Shown piece by piece: positions 1 through 9,156 of a stretch of DNA of 64,000 nucleotides (its first letter is position 1; each line of letters begins with the position of its first letter). The notes under the pieces are model-generated. The model worked only from the letters and a program-made list of their open reading frames with translations. It ran no database searches and had not been told where the DNA came from. The stretch is taken from the NCBI GenBank assembly GCA_028702695.1, contig JAQVOH010000002.1, positions 45,560 to 109,559 on the forward strand. The letters run 5' to 3'. This DNA is from Desulfotomaculaceae bacterium (GTDB lineage Bacteria; Bacillota; Desulfotomaculia; Desulfotomaculales; Pelotomaculaceae). The translations under genes and the position numbers were made by a program.

Positions 1-1126
1 TGTTATTTTCCAGGCTAATGGTGTTTTGCAGCTTGATTAAAGCCTGAATGCGTTGTTTTTTTATTTCCTCGGGTACCTGTTCTGCCATCCCGGCCGCCGG
101 TGTGCCAGGCCTGGCATTGTAAACAAACGTATAGGAACTGTCAAAGCGGACCTGACTGACTAGGTCCATGGTTGCCCGAAAATCGTCATTTTCTTCACCG
201 GGAAACCCAACCATGATATCCGTGGTTATTGTAGCTTTAGGGATGTGTAACCTGATTTTTTCTATAAGGCCCAAGTAATGCTCTCTGGTATAGCCCCTGT
301 GCATTTTCTCCAAGATGCGGCTACTGCCCGACTGTACCGGCAGGTGAAAGTGTTCACACACCTTGCCTAGTCGGGCTATGGTGAGGATTAGCTTCTCGTT
401 GAAATCACGCGGGTGGGAGGTCATATACCTGATCCGTTCAATGCTGCTCACCCCGTCCAGCTTTTCCAGCAAACCTGCGAAATCCAGGGGGGGGGTTAGG
501 TCTTTGCCATAAGAGTTAACATTTTGACCCAGTAAAACTACTTCTTTAAATCCCTCGCTGCCGAGACCAGGCATTTCCCTGATAATATCATCTGGCTTGC
601 GACTCCTTTCCCTGCCTCTGACGTAGGGTACAATACAGTAGGTGCAGTAGTTGTCACAACCATGCATGATGGTCACCCAAGCCCGCAGGCCTTCTTTTCT
701 AACGGCGGGAAGGCCTTCTATGATTTCGGCTGGTTCAGTCAAGATTTCCACGACGGGTTTCCTCTCGGCCAAAATTCTGCCAATAAAAACCGGTAGCTGC
801 TGGACGTTATGGGTCCCAAAAACCAGATCCACATAGGGAAAAAGCTGCCGCAGCCTGGCAGCCATACCTTCCTGCTGTGGCATACAGCCGCATACCCCGA
901 TAATCATAGCGGGATTTGAAAGCTTTTGGCGTTTTAACCGGCCTAAATAAGAAAAGACCTTGTTTTCGGCCGTTTCCCGAATACAACATGTATTCAGGAG
1001 AACCAGATCAGCCGTGCTGGTATCCTCAGTTGAACGGTACCCCACTGCTTCAAGCATACCGGCCAGCACTTCTGAATCGTGCTCGTTCATCTGGCAGCCG
1101 AAGGTTTTAATGATATAGGATTTCAA
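1..1126 (-). CDS. miaB: tRNA methylthiotransferase MiaB, N-terminal ~375 codons (3' end lies beyond the window start)
   Basis: Not in the ORF track because it runs off the window. My translation of the minus strand from TTG at 1126 gives LKSYIIKTFGCQMNEHDSEVLAGMLE...LLNTCCIRETAENK...MHGCDNYCTYCIVPYVRGRERS (UPF0004 domain plus radical-SAM CxxxCxxC). GGAAGG RBS upstream. Confidence 0.85.
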   Translation of the reverse strand, partial: MKSYIIKTFGCQMNEHDSEVLAGMLEAVGYRSTEDTSTADLVLLNTCCIRETAENKVFSYLGRLKRQKLSNPAMIIGVCGCMPQQEGMAARLRQLFPYVDLVFGTHNVQQLPVFIGRILAERKPVVEILTEPAEIIEGLPAVRKEGLRAWVTIMHGCDNYCTYCIVPYVRGRERSRKPDDIIREMPGLGSEGFKEVVLLGQNVNSYGKDLTPPLDFAGLLEKLDGVSSIERIRYMTSHPRDFNEKLILTIARLGKVCEHFHLPVQSGSSRILEKMHRGYTREHYLGLIEKIRLHIPKATITTDIMVGFPGEENDDFRATMDLVSQVRFDSSYTFVYNARPGTPAAGMAEQVPEEIKKQRIQALIKLQNTISLENN

Positions 1127-1336
1127 TATGGAATATTGCCTTCCTTTTCCTTAAAGATGCAAAACCATTATACAGGTAAATAATACTTAAAGCAAATTTG
1201 TCCATATTTTTTAATGAATACACATAAACATCACACTTTAATAGTAATGCGGATTGGTATCGAAACGAGGAGTTTTTCATTAATTGAAGAATACCAAGTT
1301 TAAATATTACTTTGTTGCTTGACAGGAGGAACCAGG

Positions 1337-1705
1337 ATGTTGGAAAAATTTGCGGGAATCATTGTGATTTTAGGGCTAATTCTATCTGTGGTTGGTGAGA
1401 TTATTAACTCAAACCAAATTAGAACATATGGAATCTTACTCCTCCTAGCCACGGCCTCGGTAGCCGGCATCCGGTTTATACGGTTTTACCTGACCAACCC
1501 GGAGGTTGAGTTGGGGGGAGTATGTATTGAGCATAAACGTCTTCCTACGCACTGCGTGCTCTCCATAAGGACCGGATGGTCAGAGGTATATTACGGGCAG
1601 GCCAGTTTAAAAACCTGCGCCGGAATTAAAGTAGGCGATAAAATAAAGGTCAAGGTTAGGGGCAGGCATATCCTGGCGGTGAGCAGTATAAACGGACCGG
1701 ATTGA
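1337..1705 (+). CDS. hypothetical membrane protein (two predicted TM helices plus small C-terminal domain)
   Basis: ORF 1319..1705. The ATG at 1337 follows AGGAGG. Hydrophobic FAGIIVILGLILSVVG and YGILLLLATASVAGI segments. No family recognised. Confidence 0.5.
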   Translation: MLEKFAGIIVILGLILSVVGEIINSNQIRTYGILLLLATASVAGIRFIRFYLTNPEVELGGVCIEHKRLPTHCVLSIRTGWSEVYYGQASLKTCAGIKVGDKIKVKVRGRHILAVSSINGPD

Positions 1706-1719
1706 TGCTGGCCAAGCGC

Positions 1720-1872
1720 TTAACTGTTGCCCTCGTCAAAGATAATAATTTCGCAGTACAATTGGCAGCTGCGGCACAACAAATTATACTGCCCCGGCTC
1801 TATCTCAACAACCAGTTCTGTGGAACCGCATTTAGGACAATAGTTGAGCAGCTTTGCTGATATAATGATCAC
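1720..1872 (-). CDS. possible 50-aa zinc-ribbon protein (below the ORF-track size cutoff)
   Basis: My translation: VIIISAKLLNYCPKCGSTELVVEIEPGQYNLLCRSCQLYCEIIIFDEGNS, with a CPxC...CxxC pair. GTG start with a poor SD, so weak. Confidence 0.25.
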   Translation of the reverse strand: MIIISAKLLNYCPKCGSTELVVEIEPGQYNLLCRSCQLYCEIIIFDEGNS

Positions 1873-1954
1873 CCCTGATACAAATGTGCAAGAAAGGTAT
1901 AAATATCACCAGTTTAGGAACACTTTAATTAGCATTAATAGGAGGTGTTGTTAA

Positions 1955-2149
1955 ATGGTCGATACAGGTGTTAAGGCTGAAATCCAACACTGCATCAGGA
2001 ATGCTCAGGGTTGTATGATGGAAATGGGAAAAGTTCTGGATAAGCTTCCTGAGCAAAGCCATAGCGAAAAACCACATTTAATGGAACTCTGTCAAAAAAC
2101 AGGATTATTGTTAAAAGAAGCCCAGCAGAGATGCGAAAAGGTGTTTTAA
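1955..2149 (+). CDS. hypothetical 64-aa protein
   Basis: ATG preceded by AGGAGGTG and followed directly by a strong terminator hairpin. No family recognised. Confidence 0.45.
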   Translation: MVDTGVKAEIQHCIRNAQGCMMEMGKVLDKLPEQSHSEKPHLMELCQKTGLLLKEAQQRCEKVF

Positions 2150-2182
2150 GAATTCCCCGGCAGTGCCGGGGAATTCCTTTTA
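2150..2182 (+). terminator. Rho-independent terminator
   Basis: GAATTCCCCGGCA / TGCCGGGGAATTC perfect inverted repeat followed by CTTTTAG. Confidence 0.7.
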
Positions 2183-2686
2183 GTTTATCCCTTTTACTGC
2201 CTTATGAACATGATATAATCTTCGAACAGGCTGGACGGGGAGGTCGTTTTTCTGTTTTCGTGTTCTATTCAGAGCACCAGAGACGTGAGGATTTCATGGA
2301 AATTCTCAACTGCAAAAAGGACTACCTGGAAAACCTGATCAGGGATCTGGAAAACCGTCACAGTTCAAATGCTGGTAACCCGGTTGCAGAAAGCCACCTG
2401 GATCATGTAGCGCAGTTATATAATTAGATTCGTTGTTAAAATCCGAGGAAGTCTCTCCTCTGGGCCGCATCATAGCTGAAATTTTATCCAGTATAAAGGA
2501 ACCTTCAATTTTGCAGGAAGGACGTAAAAACCTCCTGGAACTGCGTGAAGAATTGTTAACTGCAGTCCCTTCCTGGGCTAGGATGAAAAAGCCGATGATC
2601 TGGTTGATTGGTTTTGGTGAAAAAATAATTCTTCTCGATCCTTCCTTTTATAGTTGTCTATATCAAGAAGATTGCGGACTAAGGAA

Positions 2687-3127
2687 TTACTTGACCAGGG
2701 TAACCCGGCAGTTGGCCTGATGGATAACCTGGTGGCTCACGCTGCCAATGGCTGTCCCGCGGAGTTCGCTTACTCCGCGGCTACCCATTATAATATGCTC
2801 ATAGTTGCCCATCCTGGAAAATTCGATAATAACTGCGGCGGGGGCACCTTTTTCGATGTAACCTTGGACGTTCTGGCCTTCTCTGGTGAAAACCTGGATC
2901 GTTCTTTCCAGGATATCCTTTCCTTTGGCCTCAATAGCCCCGTCAATGGTCTCAAACATATCCTTCGTTTTATTTTTTGTCTCGGCCAAACCTTCTTTTT
3001 CCGGAAGAACAACCAGGATGTCCAGCTTAATGTCCGGGTTGATTTTCATCAAACGCGCAGCGTAGGCTGCAGCCTTTGTCGCAGTTAGCGAACCGTCACT
3101 GGGCAACAGTACTTTGCTTTTCAGCAT
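2687..3127 (-). CDS. universal stress protein (UspA family)
   Basis: 146 aa: VLLPSDGSLTATKAAAYAA...IIMGSRGVSELRGTAIGSVSHQVIHQANCRVTLVK, the typical Usp ATP-binding C-terminus. RBS AAGGAGG. Confidence 0.85.
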   Translation of the reverse strand: MLKSKVLLPSDGSLTATKAAAYAARLMKINPDIKLDILVVLPEKEGLAETKNKTKDMFETIDGAIEAKGKDILERTIQVFTREGQNVQGYIEKGAPAAVIIEFSRMGNYEHIIMGSRGVSELRGTAIGSVSHQVIHQANCRVTLVK

Positions 3128-3234
3128 AAGAGCTTCCTCCTTGTGAGTTTTTTGCTTTTGCCAAACCCTTGTGTATAAATACAGAGTACAAGGATATTTT
3201 ACCCAGAAACTGCCTTAGATACCAAGCTGAAATA

Positions 3235-4110
3235 TTATACCGTTCTCTCTGCCAGTAGTTTAGCCAACTGGAGGATTCTGCGGGCACGGTTGGCGATCGG
3301 ATATTCAATCATTTTTCCGTCTACCTGTAAAATGGCCTGGCCTTTAGCTTCGGACTCATCAAAAACAACGACAATCTTTTGGGCCCAGGCAATTTCCTCC
3401 GCCGTGGGGGCGAATACTTCGTTTAACGGCGCAATTTGACCAGGGTGGATGGCCAGTTTGCCTTGAAAGCCCATCTGGCGCACTAACTTGGCGTCCGCCA
3501 CCAAGCCTTCGATATCCTTGAAATTCGGATAAACCGTATCAATGGGAGCTTCTATGCCTGCCGCACGTGAAGCCACGACAAGTTGGGAACGGGCGTAAAA
3601 GAGTTCTGAGCCGGCCCTGGAAAAGCTGGTTCCGATATCCTGGACATAGTCGACTCCCCCCAGAAACATCCTGCTTACCCGTGGAGAGGCAGCAGCAATA
3701 GTATGGGCGTTAATAATCGCATTTGCGCTTTCAATAAAAGGGATTATCTCCAAGGCGCCGGGCGGAAGCCCCCGTTCCTTTTCGAGTAGTCCCATCAGCC
3801 AGTCAATCTGGCGGATTTCCTCGGCTGATTCGGATTTTGCCAAAACAATGCCTTTTATACCTTGAACCACAGCTGCCTGGAGGTCAGCCAGAATAAAATC
3901 GGTTTGGGCACAGTTGACCCTGATGAATACATCTCCCCGTCGGGGTAATGAAAGTACTTCCTTAAGCGCCTGCCTGGCATTGGCCTTTTCGCTGATGGCC
4001 ACAGCGTCCTCTAGGTCAAGCACAACTCCATCGGCATTTAACATTAGTGCCTTGCCGGCCTTGCGCAGGTTATCGGCAGGTACAAATAACATAGTGCGGT
4101 AAAGTGACAC
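3235..4110 (-). CDS. HpcH/HpaI aldolase / citrate lyase beta subunit (CitE)-like acyl-CoA lyase
   Basis: 291 aa: RTMLFVPADNLRKAGKAL...DGVVLDLEDAVA...IESANAIINAH...DTVYPNFKD, CitE/malyl-CoA lyase-like motifs. GTG start after GAGGGGG. Confidence 0.8.
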   Translation of the reverse strand: MSLYRTMLFVPADNLRKAGKALMLNADGVVLDLEDAVAISEKANARQALKEVLSLPRRGDVFIRVNCAQTDFILADLQAAVVQGIKGIVLAKSESAEEIRQIDWLMGLLEKERGLPPGALEIIPFIESANAIINAHTIAAASPRVSRMFLGGVDYVQDIGTSFSRAGSELFYARSQLVVASRAAGIEAPIDTVYPNFKDIEGLVADAKLVRQMGFQGKLAIHPGQIAPLNEVFAPTAEEIAWAQKIVVVFDESEAKGQAILQVDGKMIEYPIANRARRILQLAKLLAERTV

Positions 4111-4252
4111 GACTATACCCCCTCTTTGAGAATTCTTTTACTGAATATTCTACCTGTTTATGCCCTTTCCTTTTCCTGCCTGAACATTTCGGGCCTTTTT
4201 ATGGACATAGTTTCAGTGTAAATGATATAATTGAGCTTGTAAATATTGGGAG

Positions 4253-4645
4253 GTGGAAAAGTTGGAAGACCAAATCAACCAGCTTATTATAAAGGGCGGT
4301 GATAGTGGTTCTGTCAAGATATCCGATGACGTGGTCAAAATCATTGCAGGCATGGCCGCCATGGAAATCCAAGGGGTAAGTGGGATGAGCGGGGGAATAG
4401 CCGGTGGGATTGCCGAAAAACTTGGGCGTAAAAACCTGTCCAGAGGAGTTAAGGCAGAGGTTGGTGAGAAAGAAGCAACGATAGATATTTTTGTTATTGT
4501 TGAATACGGGGCGCCGATCAAAAAAGTGGCCAGCCAGATTCAATCTAAAGTAAAAAATGCCGTGGAAAGCATGACCGGGTTAAGCGTCCTTGAAGTTAAC
4601 GTTAATGTACAGGGTGTTTCCTTTGGCACAGAGAACAAGGAATAA
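4253..4645 (+). CDS. Asp23/Gls24 family alkaline-shock protein
   Basis: 130 aa: VKISDDVVKIIAGMAAMEIQGVSGM...VKAEVGEKEATIDIFVIVEYGAPIKKVASQIQSKVKNAVESMTGL. The true start may be TTG at 4262, which has better SD spacing. Confidence 0.85.
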   Translation: MEKLEDQINQLIIKGGDSGSVKISDDVVKIIAGMAAMEIQGVSGMSGGIAGGIAEKLGRKNLSRGVKAEVGEKEATIDIFVIVEYGAPIKKVASQIQSKVKNAVESMTGLSVLEVNVNVQGVSFGTENKE

Positions 4646-4665
4646 GACGGGCGGGTAAAATAGAG

Positions 4666-5925
4666 ATGATTTTCCCGAGGATGGTTAAAGTCAGGCAGAA
4701 CTTGCCGAGCCTGCCGCTGGCTGATCCTGCCGCAGAAGTAAGAAAGGTGCTGCTTGAAGCGGGCTTGGGGTCAAAAATTAGGCCGGGCGCGCATGTGGGT
4801 ATCACAGCCGGCAGTAGGGGGATCAGAAACATTGCACTAATCCTGCGACAAGTTGTTGACCTGGTAAAATCCCTGGGTGGACGGCCGCTTATACTCTCCG
4901 CCATGGGCAGCCATGGCGGCGGCGCCCCTGAAGGACAATTAGCATTGCTTAAGTCACTTGGCATATCTGAAGATGAGTTGGAATCGCCCTTGGATTGTTC
5001 TCTCGATTCGCTGGCAGTTGGCAGGGCTTTTTATGGGGATGTATTCATCAAGAAAAGTGCACAGCAATGCGACGCTATTGTTGTTATTAATCGTATCAAG
5101 CCACATACCTCATTTCATGGAGACCACGAAAGCGGTCTCCTGAAAATGCTGGCCGTGGGCCTGGGTGGGCCGGCAGGGGCCGCTTCCCTGCATAGTTGTA
5201 CGCCAGGCCTCCTGTCCAGAGCAGTGGCAGAGGGTGGGCTGGTTGTATTAAAGACAGCTCCGGTGATACTGGGACTGGCTGTGCTGGAAGACGCCTATGA
5301 ACAGACACGCAAGGTAGTTGCCCTGCAACCGGAAGATTTTTTGCATGGAGAAAAAAGTCTATTGGAGGAAGCGCGACGATTTTTACCGGGTCTTCCTACG
5401 GCTGACCTGGATGTCCTTGTTGTTGACCAAATCGGTAAAAACATCAGCGGCACAGGTATGGATACAAATGTTATCGGCAGGTTAAGGATCCAGGGCTCAA
5501 CAGAGCCGCAAACCCCATGTTTTAAAAGAATCGTAGTCCTGGACGTAGCGCAGGAAGCGCATGGCAACGCTTATGGTATAGGACTGGCTGACTTTACGAC
5601 TGGGCGCCTGGTGGGTATGCTGGACCGCCAGGTTGTAAATATCAATGCTCTGACCAGCACCTTCGTCCAGCGGGCCATGCTTCCCATGGCCCTGCCCAAT
5701 GACCGGGAAGCGATTAGCGCAGCCATAAAGAGCCTTGGCGGTAGGGATGGCGATGAATTAAAGCTGGCTCGTATCTATAACACACTGCACCTGTCCGAAA
5801 TGCTGGTTTCTGAAAAGGTCCTTCAGGAGATTGCCAGCTTACCTTATATTAATGTCCTAGGCCCGCCGGAAGAAATTACTTTTACTACAGAGGGAAACCT
5901 ATTGCCTTTTAGGTCTTTGTTTTAG
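4666..5925 (+). CDS. LarA-like (DUF2088, lactate-racemase N-terminal domain) protein of unknown specificity
   Basis: 419 aa. The segment INRIKPHTSFHGDHESGLLKMLAVGLGG resembles the LarA metal/cofactor region. Family assignment is from memory. Confidence 0.6.
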   Translation: MIFPRMVKVRQNLPSLPLADPAAEVRKVLLEAGLGSKIRPGAHVGITAGSRGIRNIALILRQVVDLVKSLGGRPLILSAMGSHGGGAPEGQLALLKSLGISEDELESPLDCSLDSLAVGRAFYGDVFIKKSAQQCDAIVVINRIKPHTSFHGDHESGLLKMLAVGLGGPAGAASLHSCTPGLLSRAVAEGGLVVLKTAPVILGLAVLEDAYEQTRKVVALQPEDFLHGEKSLLEEARRFLPGLPTADLDVLVVDQIGKNISGTGMDTNVIGRLRIQGSTEPQTPCFKRIVVLDVAQEAHGNAYGIGLADFTTGRLVGMLDRQVVNINALTSTFVQRAMLPMALPNDREAISAAIKSLGGRDGDELKLARIYNTLHLSEMLVSEKVLQEIASLPYINVLGPPEEITFTTEGNLLPFRSLF

Positions 5926-6165
5926 GACACATTCACAGTCTTTGGTGTATCCAAACCACACAAATCCATAATCATTAATCTATCCCCAACCCGGATATCA
6001 AGGTCAAGCTCCTCCGTGATCTCCCTCCTCAGGACTTTCGCCAGGCGCAATCTTGCCGCAAGGGAACTCCCACTTAAGTCCCATGTGGGAACCTTTTAAA
6101 CGTTGGGCTATTAAAATCTCCCGGCCACGCTCAATGATTGCAGCGGTGACGTTTAATGTTTGCAT
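5922..6165 (-). pseudogene. decayed MutT/NUDIX hydrolase (frameshift inside the Nudix box, C-terminus missing)
   Basis: Frame 1: MQTLNVTAAIIERGREILIAQRLKGSHMGLKWEFPCGKIAPGESPEE then GDHGGA-stop. The +1 frame continues REITEELDLDIRVGDRL...NVS-stop. The Nudix signature G-x5-E-x7-REUxEE is split across two frames. Confidence 0.6.
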
Positions 6166-6323
6166 GCCTAGGGTAACCGGTCTTGCGGTTACCGCTTCCC
6201 CCCTACAATTCTCTTGGTAGAAAACAAGTGGCAAAAGGTTAGTTTGAATGTGACAGGTACCATCATATATTTTTTTATATAAATGCCATTGACCCTCTGC
6301 TGTAAAAAGTTATCTTGACCCGC

Positions 6324-6368
6324 AAAAACATAAATGCCCTTCCTGTTCGGAAGGGCATTTATGTTTTT
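6324..6368 (-). terminator. Rho-independent terminator after glgA (symmetric, could act in both directions)
   Basis: ACATAAATGCCCTTCC-TGTT-CGGAAGGGCATTTATGT flanked by A and T runs. Confidence 0.75.
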
Positions 6369-7861
6369 TAAGCAATTCTTTGCATGTCCAGATGCCGTGT
6401 TATGGCCTCTTGATAAAGCTGGATGTATTCCACCCCCGAGCGGGCCCACGAGAAGTCCAGTTCCATGGAGTTCTTGACTAGATGCTGCCATTGTTCCGGT
6501 TGCTCAAGGTAAAGCTGTAAGGCTCTTTTTACTGAGTTAAGCAGGGCCATGCCTGAATACTCAGAGAAGCCGAAGCCGTTTCCGGAACCGGTGGTGGGAT
6601 TGAAATCGTTTACAGTGTCGGCTAAACCACCGGTTAAGCGAACTATTGGTATGGTTCCATAACGAAGACTGATCAGTTGGCCCAGCCCGCATGGTTCAAA
6701 CCTGGACGGCATTAGGAACATGTCGGAACCCGCGTAAATCCGCTGCGCCAGTATTGCATTAAATCCAATATACAGGCCCATTTTTTCAGGGTAGCGGCTT
6801 TTAATATTTTCAAATAGCTGTTCGTAGTGTGGTTCTCCGCTTCCTAAAATAACAAACTGGATATCTTCCTGCATAAGCGGATCGATGATCTGGCTGATCA
6901 GATCCAGTCCCTTTTGGTCAACCAGCCTCGTGATTAAGCCAATTACCGGGATATCCCTCTCCGGGAGTCCCATTTCCTTCTGAAGTGCAAACTTATTCTC
7001 TTTTTTATTAGACACGCTGAACTGATCAAAATTGCGATGGATCCGTGGGTCTGTCCGAGGATTAAACTCATGGTAGTTGATCCCGTTAACAATGCCATAT
7101 AAGTCGGCGGAGCGCTTCCGGAGGAGTCCATCCATTCTTTCACCCAGTTCGGGTCGCTGGATTTCTGCCGCATAAGTGCGGCTTACGGTGTTGATGATGT
7201 CCGCATACAGCAAGCCAGCCTTCATATAACTAACACTTCCATAAAACTCCAGAAGGTCAGGGTGAAAATACTCCTCCCCTAAGTTCAGCAGTTTTAATGT
7301 GTCTTTCGAAAAATTACCCTGGTACTGCAGATTGTGAACAGTAAATACCGTAGCTATCCGGTTGTAGAAAGGATCCTGGCGGTAGTGGGTCTTTAAAAGC
7401 AGTGGTATTGGTCCGCTTTGCCAGTCATTGCAGTGGATGATATCCGGCTGCCATTCCAACCGGGGGAGCATTTCCAGGACGGCCTGGCAGAAGAAGGCAA
7501 ACCGCTCAGCCTCATCATCGAACATATACATTCTATCACGGTAAAAGTAATGATAGTTATCAACCATATATACGGGAATTGTTTTGTGTGCGCCCTGGTA
7601 GTGAGACTCAATAGAACTTTCTTTGATTATCGCAGTCTCATAGTGGTTCATAAAGTGAATGGGAAAATCGAGCCTGTAGGCAGCGCCTTCAATTTGGCGG
7701 TAACGGGGCATAACAACCCTGACGTCATTGCCGGCATTGTCATTCCCAACCATAGCAAGGGCTTTAGGCAGCGAACCGGCTACATCGGCCAGCCCGCCTG
7801 TTTTAGCAAACGGGACAACTTCTGAAGATACTAACAATATTTTTAAGGGACGGTCAAACAT
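6368..7861 (-). CDS. glgA: glycogen (starch) synthase
   Basis: 497 aa: MFDRPLKILLVSSEVVPFAKTGGLADVAGSLPKAL, the GT5 KTGGL motif. RBS GGAGG. Confidence 0.95.
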   Translation of the reverse strand: MFDRPLKILLVSSEVVPFAKTGGLADVAGSLPKALAMVGNDNAGNDVRVVMPRYRQIEGAAYRLDFPIHFMNHYETAIIKESSIESHYQGAHKTIPVYMVDNYHYFYRDRMYMFDDEAERFAFFCQAVLEMLPRLEWQPDIIHCNDWQSGPIPLLLKTHYRQDPFYNRIATVFTVHNLQYQGNFSKDTLKLLNLGEEYFHPDLLEFYGSVSYMKAGLLYADIINTVSRTYAAEIQRPELGERMDGLLRKRSADLYGIVNGINYHEFNPRTDPRIHRNFDQFSVSNKKENKFALQKEMGLPERDIPVIGLITRLVDQKGLDLISQIIDPLMQEDIQFVILGSGEPHYEQLFENIKSRYPEKMGLYIGFNAILAQRIYAGSDMFLMPSRFEPCGLGQLISLRYGTIPIVRLTGGLADTVNDFNPTTGSGNGFGFSEYSGMALLNSVKRALQLYLEQPEQWQHLVKNSMELDFSWARSGVEYIQLYQEAITRHLDMQRIA

Positions 7862-8903
7862 ACCGAGGTACCTCCATTTGCGATTTATTATCTAATGGAT
7901 AGAATTCCTGTATTTCTCGTAAGGCCTGGGCTGCCATCTCAGGTGGGGTGGGGTTGATAAAATATCCCGTGCCCAGTTCAAAACCGGCTATAGTAGTCAG
8001 ACGGGGCAATATTTCCAGATGCCAGTGATAATTTCCATGGTCATCCTGTACGTTAACGGGTGAAGTGTGCAGCACCATGTTGTAGGGCATGTTCTTAATC
8101 ATCACAGTCATCTTGCGAAAAACAGATTTGAGCATAGACGCCAGATCCTGCACCTGTTGTACTCTGATCTGCCCAAAATCGGACTGGTGTTCTGTAGGTA
8201 CAATCCAGGTTTCAAAGGGAAAACGTGAAGCAAAAGGCGCAAAGCAGACAAAGTGTCCGTTTTCAGCAACCAGTCTTTCCCCTTCTCTCAATTCCTGCGC
8301 GATAATATCGCACAACGCGCATCTGCCATGGTGGGCATTGTATTCATTCATCCCTGCTATTTCAGCTTTGACCTCGCTCGGGACCTGAGGTGTTGCAATG
8401 AGTTGCGAATGAGTGTGTTCCAGTGAGGCGCCAGCCGTGGGGCCGGTATTTTTAAATATTTGAATATATTTCAATCTTTGGTCCTTGCGCAGATCGAGGG
8501 ATCGATCACGCCAGCCCCAGATAACCTCCTCCACCTGTTTCTCTGATTGCGTATCAAGTCCCGGCTCATGTTTGGTTGACTCAATGATCAGCTCATGTGC
8601 CCCCAATCCATACATGAACTGGTAAACACCCCGTTCCTGCAGGTAGGGTTGGCCTTTGATGTCAACTGCGGGGAATTTATTTGGCACAACCCGCATCCAC
8701 CAGCCAGGAGTGTCCCTGCTGGTTCCTTGTTCGCGATAAGCGATTATTTCCGGAGGAGTCTCTTTTTCGTTGCCCTCACATAAAGGACATTCGTTAGAAC
8801 CCTTTACATCCTTGAGCTCTTTGTAGTTAGAGGGGCGTTTGGAACGCTCTGTGGCGATGACAACCCACCGGTCAACGATGGGGTCTTTCCTCCATTCAGA
8901 CAT
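7854..8903 (-). CDS. GalT-family (HIT superfamily branch III) hexose-1-phosphate nucleotidyltransferase/phosphorylase
   Basis: CPLCEGNE zinc motif and LEHTHSQLIA (HxHxQ) active site. Start moved to ATG 8903 (GGGAGG RBS). The stop overlaps the glgA start in ATGTTTGA. Confidence 0.85.
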   Translation of the reverse strand: MSEWRKDPIVDRWVVIATERSKRPSNYKELKDVKGSNECPLCEGNEKETPPEIIAYREQGTSRDTPGWWMRVVPNKFPAVDIKGQPYLQERGVYQFMYGLGAHELIIESTKHEPGLDTQSEKQVEEVIWGWRDRSLDLRKDQRLKYIQIFKNTGPTAGASLEHTHSQLIATPQVPSEVKAEIAGMNEYNAHHGRCALCDIIAQELREGERLVAENGHFVCFAPFASRFPFETWIVPTEHQSDFGQIRVQQVQDLASMLKSVFRKMTVMIKNMPYNMVLHTSPVNVQDDHGNYHWHLEILPRLTTIAGFELGTGYFINPTPPEMAAQALREIQEFYPLDNKSQMEVPRYV

Positions 8904-9156
8904 AGTAGTACCTCCCGCAAAATAAGCTGTTTGGCTTGACACTAAACATTATAGTCTGCCAGAAAACCAAGTGTGAACCATTTACTACCAAATATATTGC
9001 ACGATTAATCCACTTGTTTTGCGGCGACTATGGGACAATTATGTGCACTTAAATTGAGAGTGCCGCAAAAGCGATATTTTTATGCAGAGTACGATTTTTT
9101 ATTGATAATTTTTCTGGATTTTAAAGGATTAGGTCAAGTAAAATCGAATTTAAACA

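Noticed and set aside
2297-2720. Small + strand ORFs (43 aa from ATG 2297; 95 aa from TTG 2433).
   Set aside because: No recognisable family, weak starts, and the second runs 34 nt into the convergent usp gene. There is not enough support to call them.
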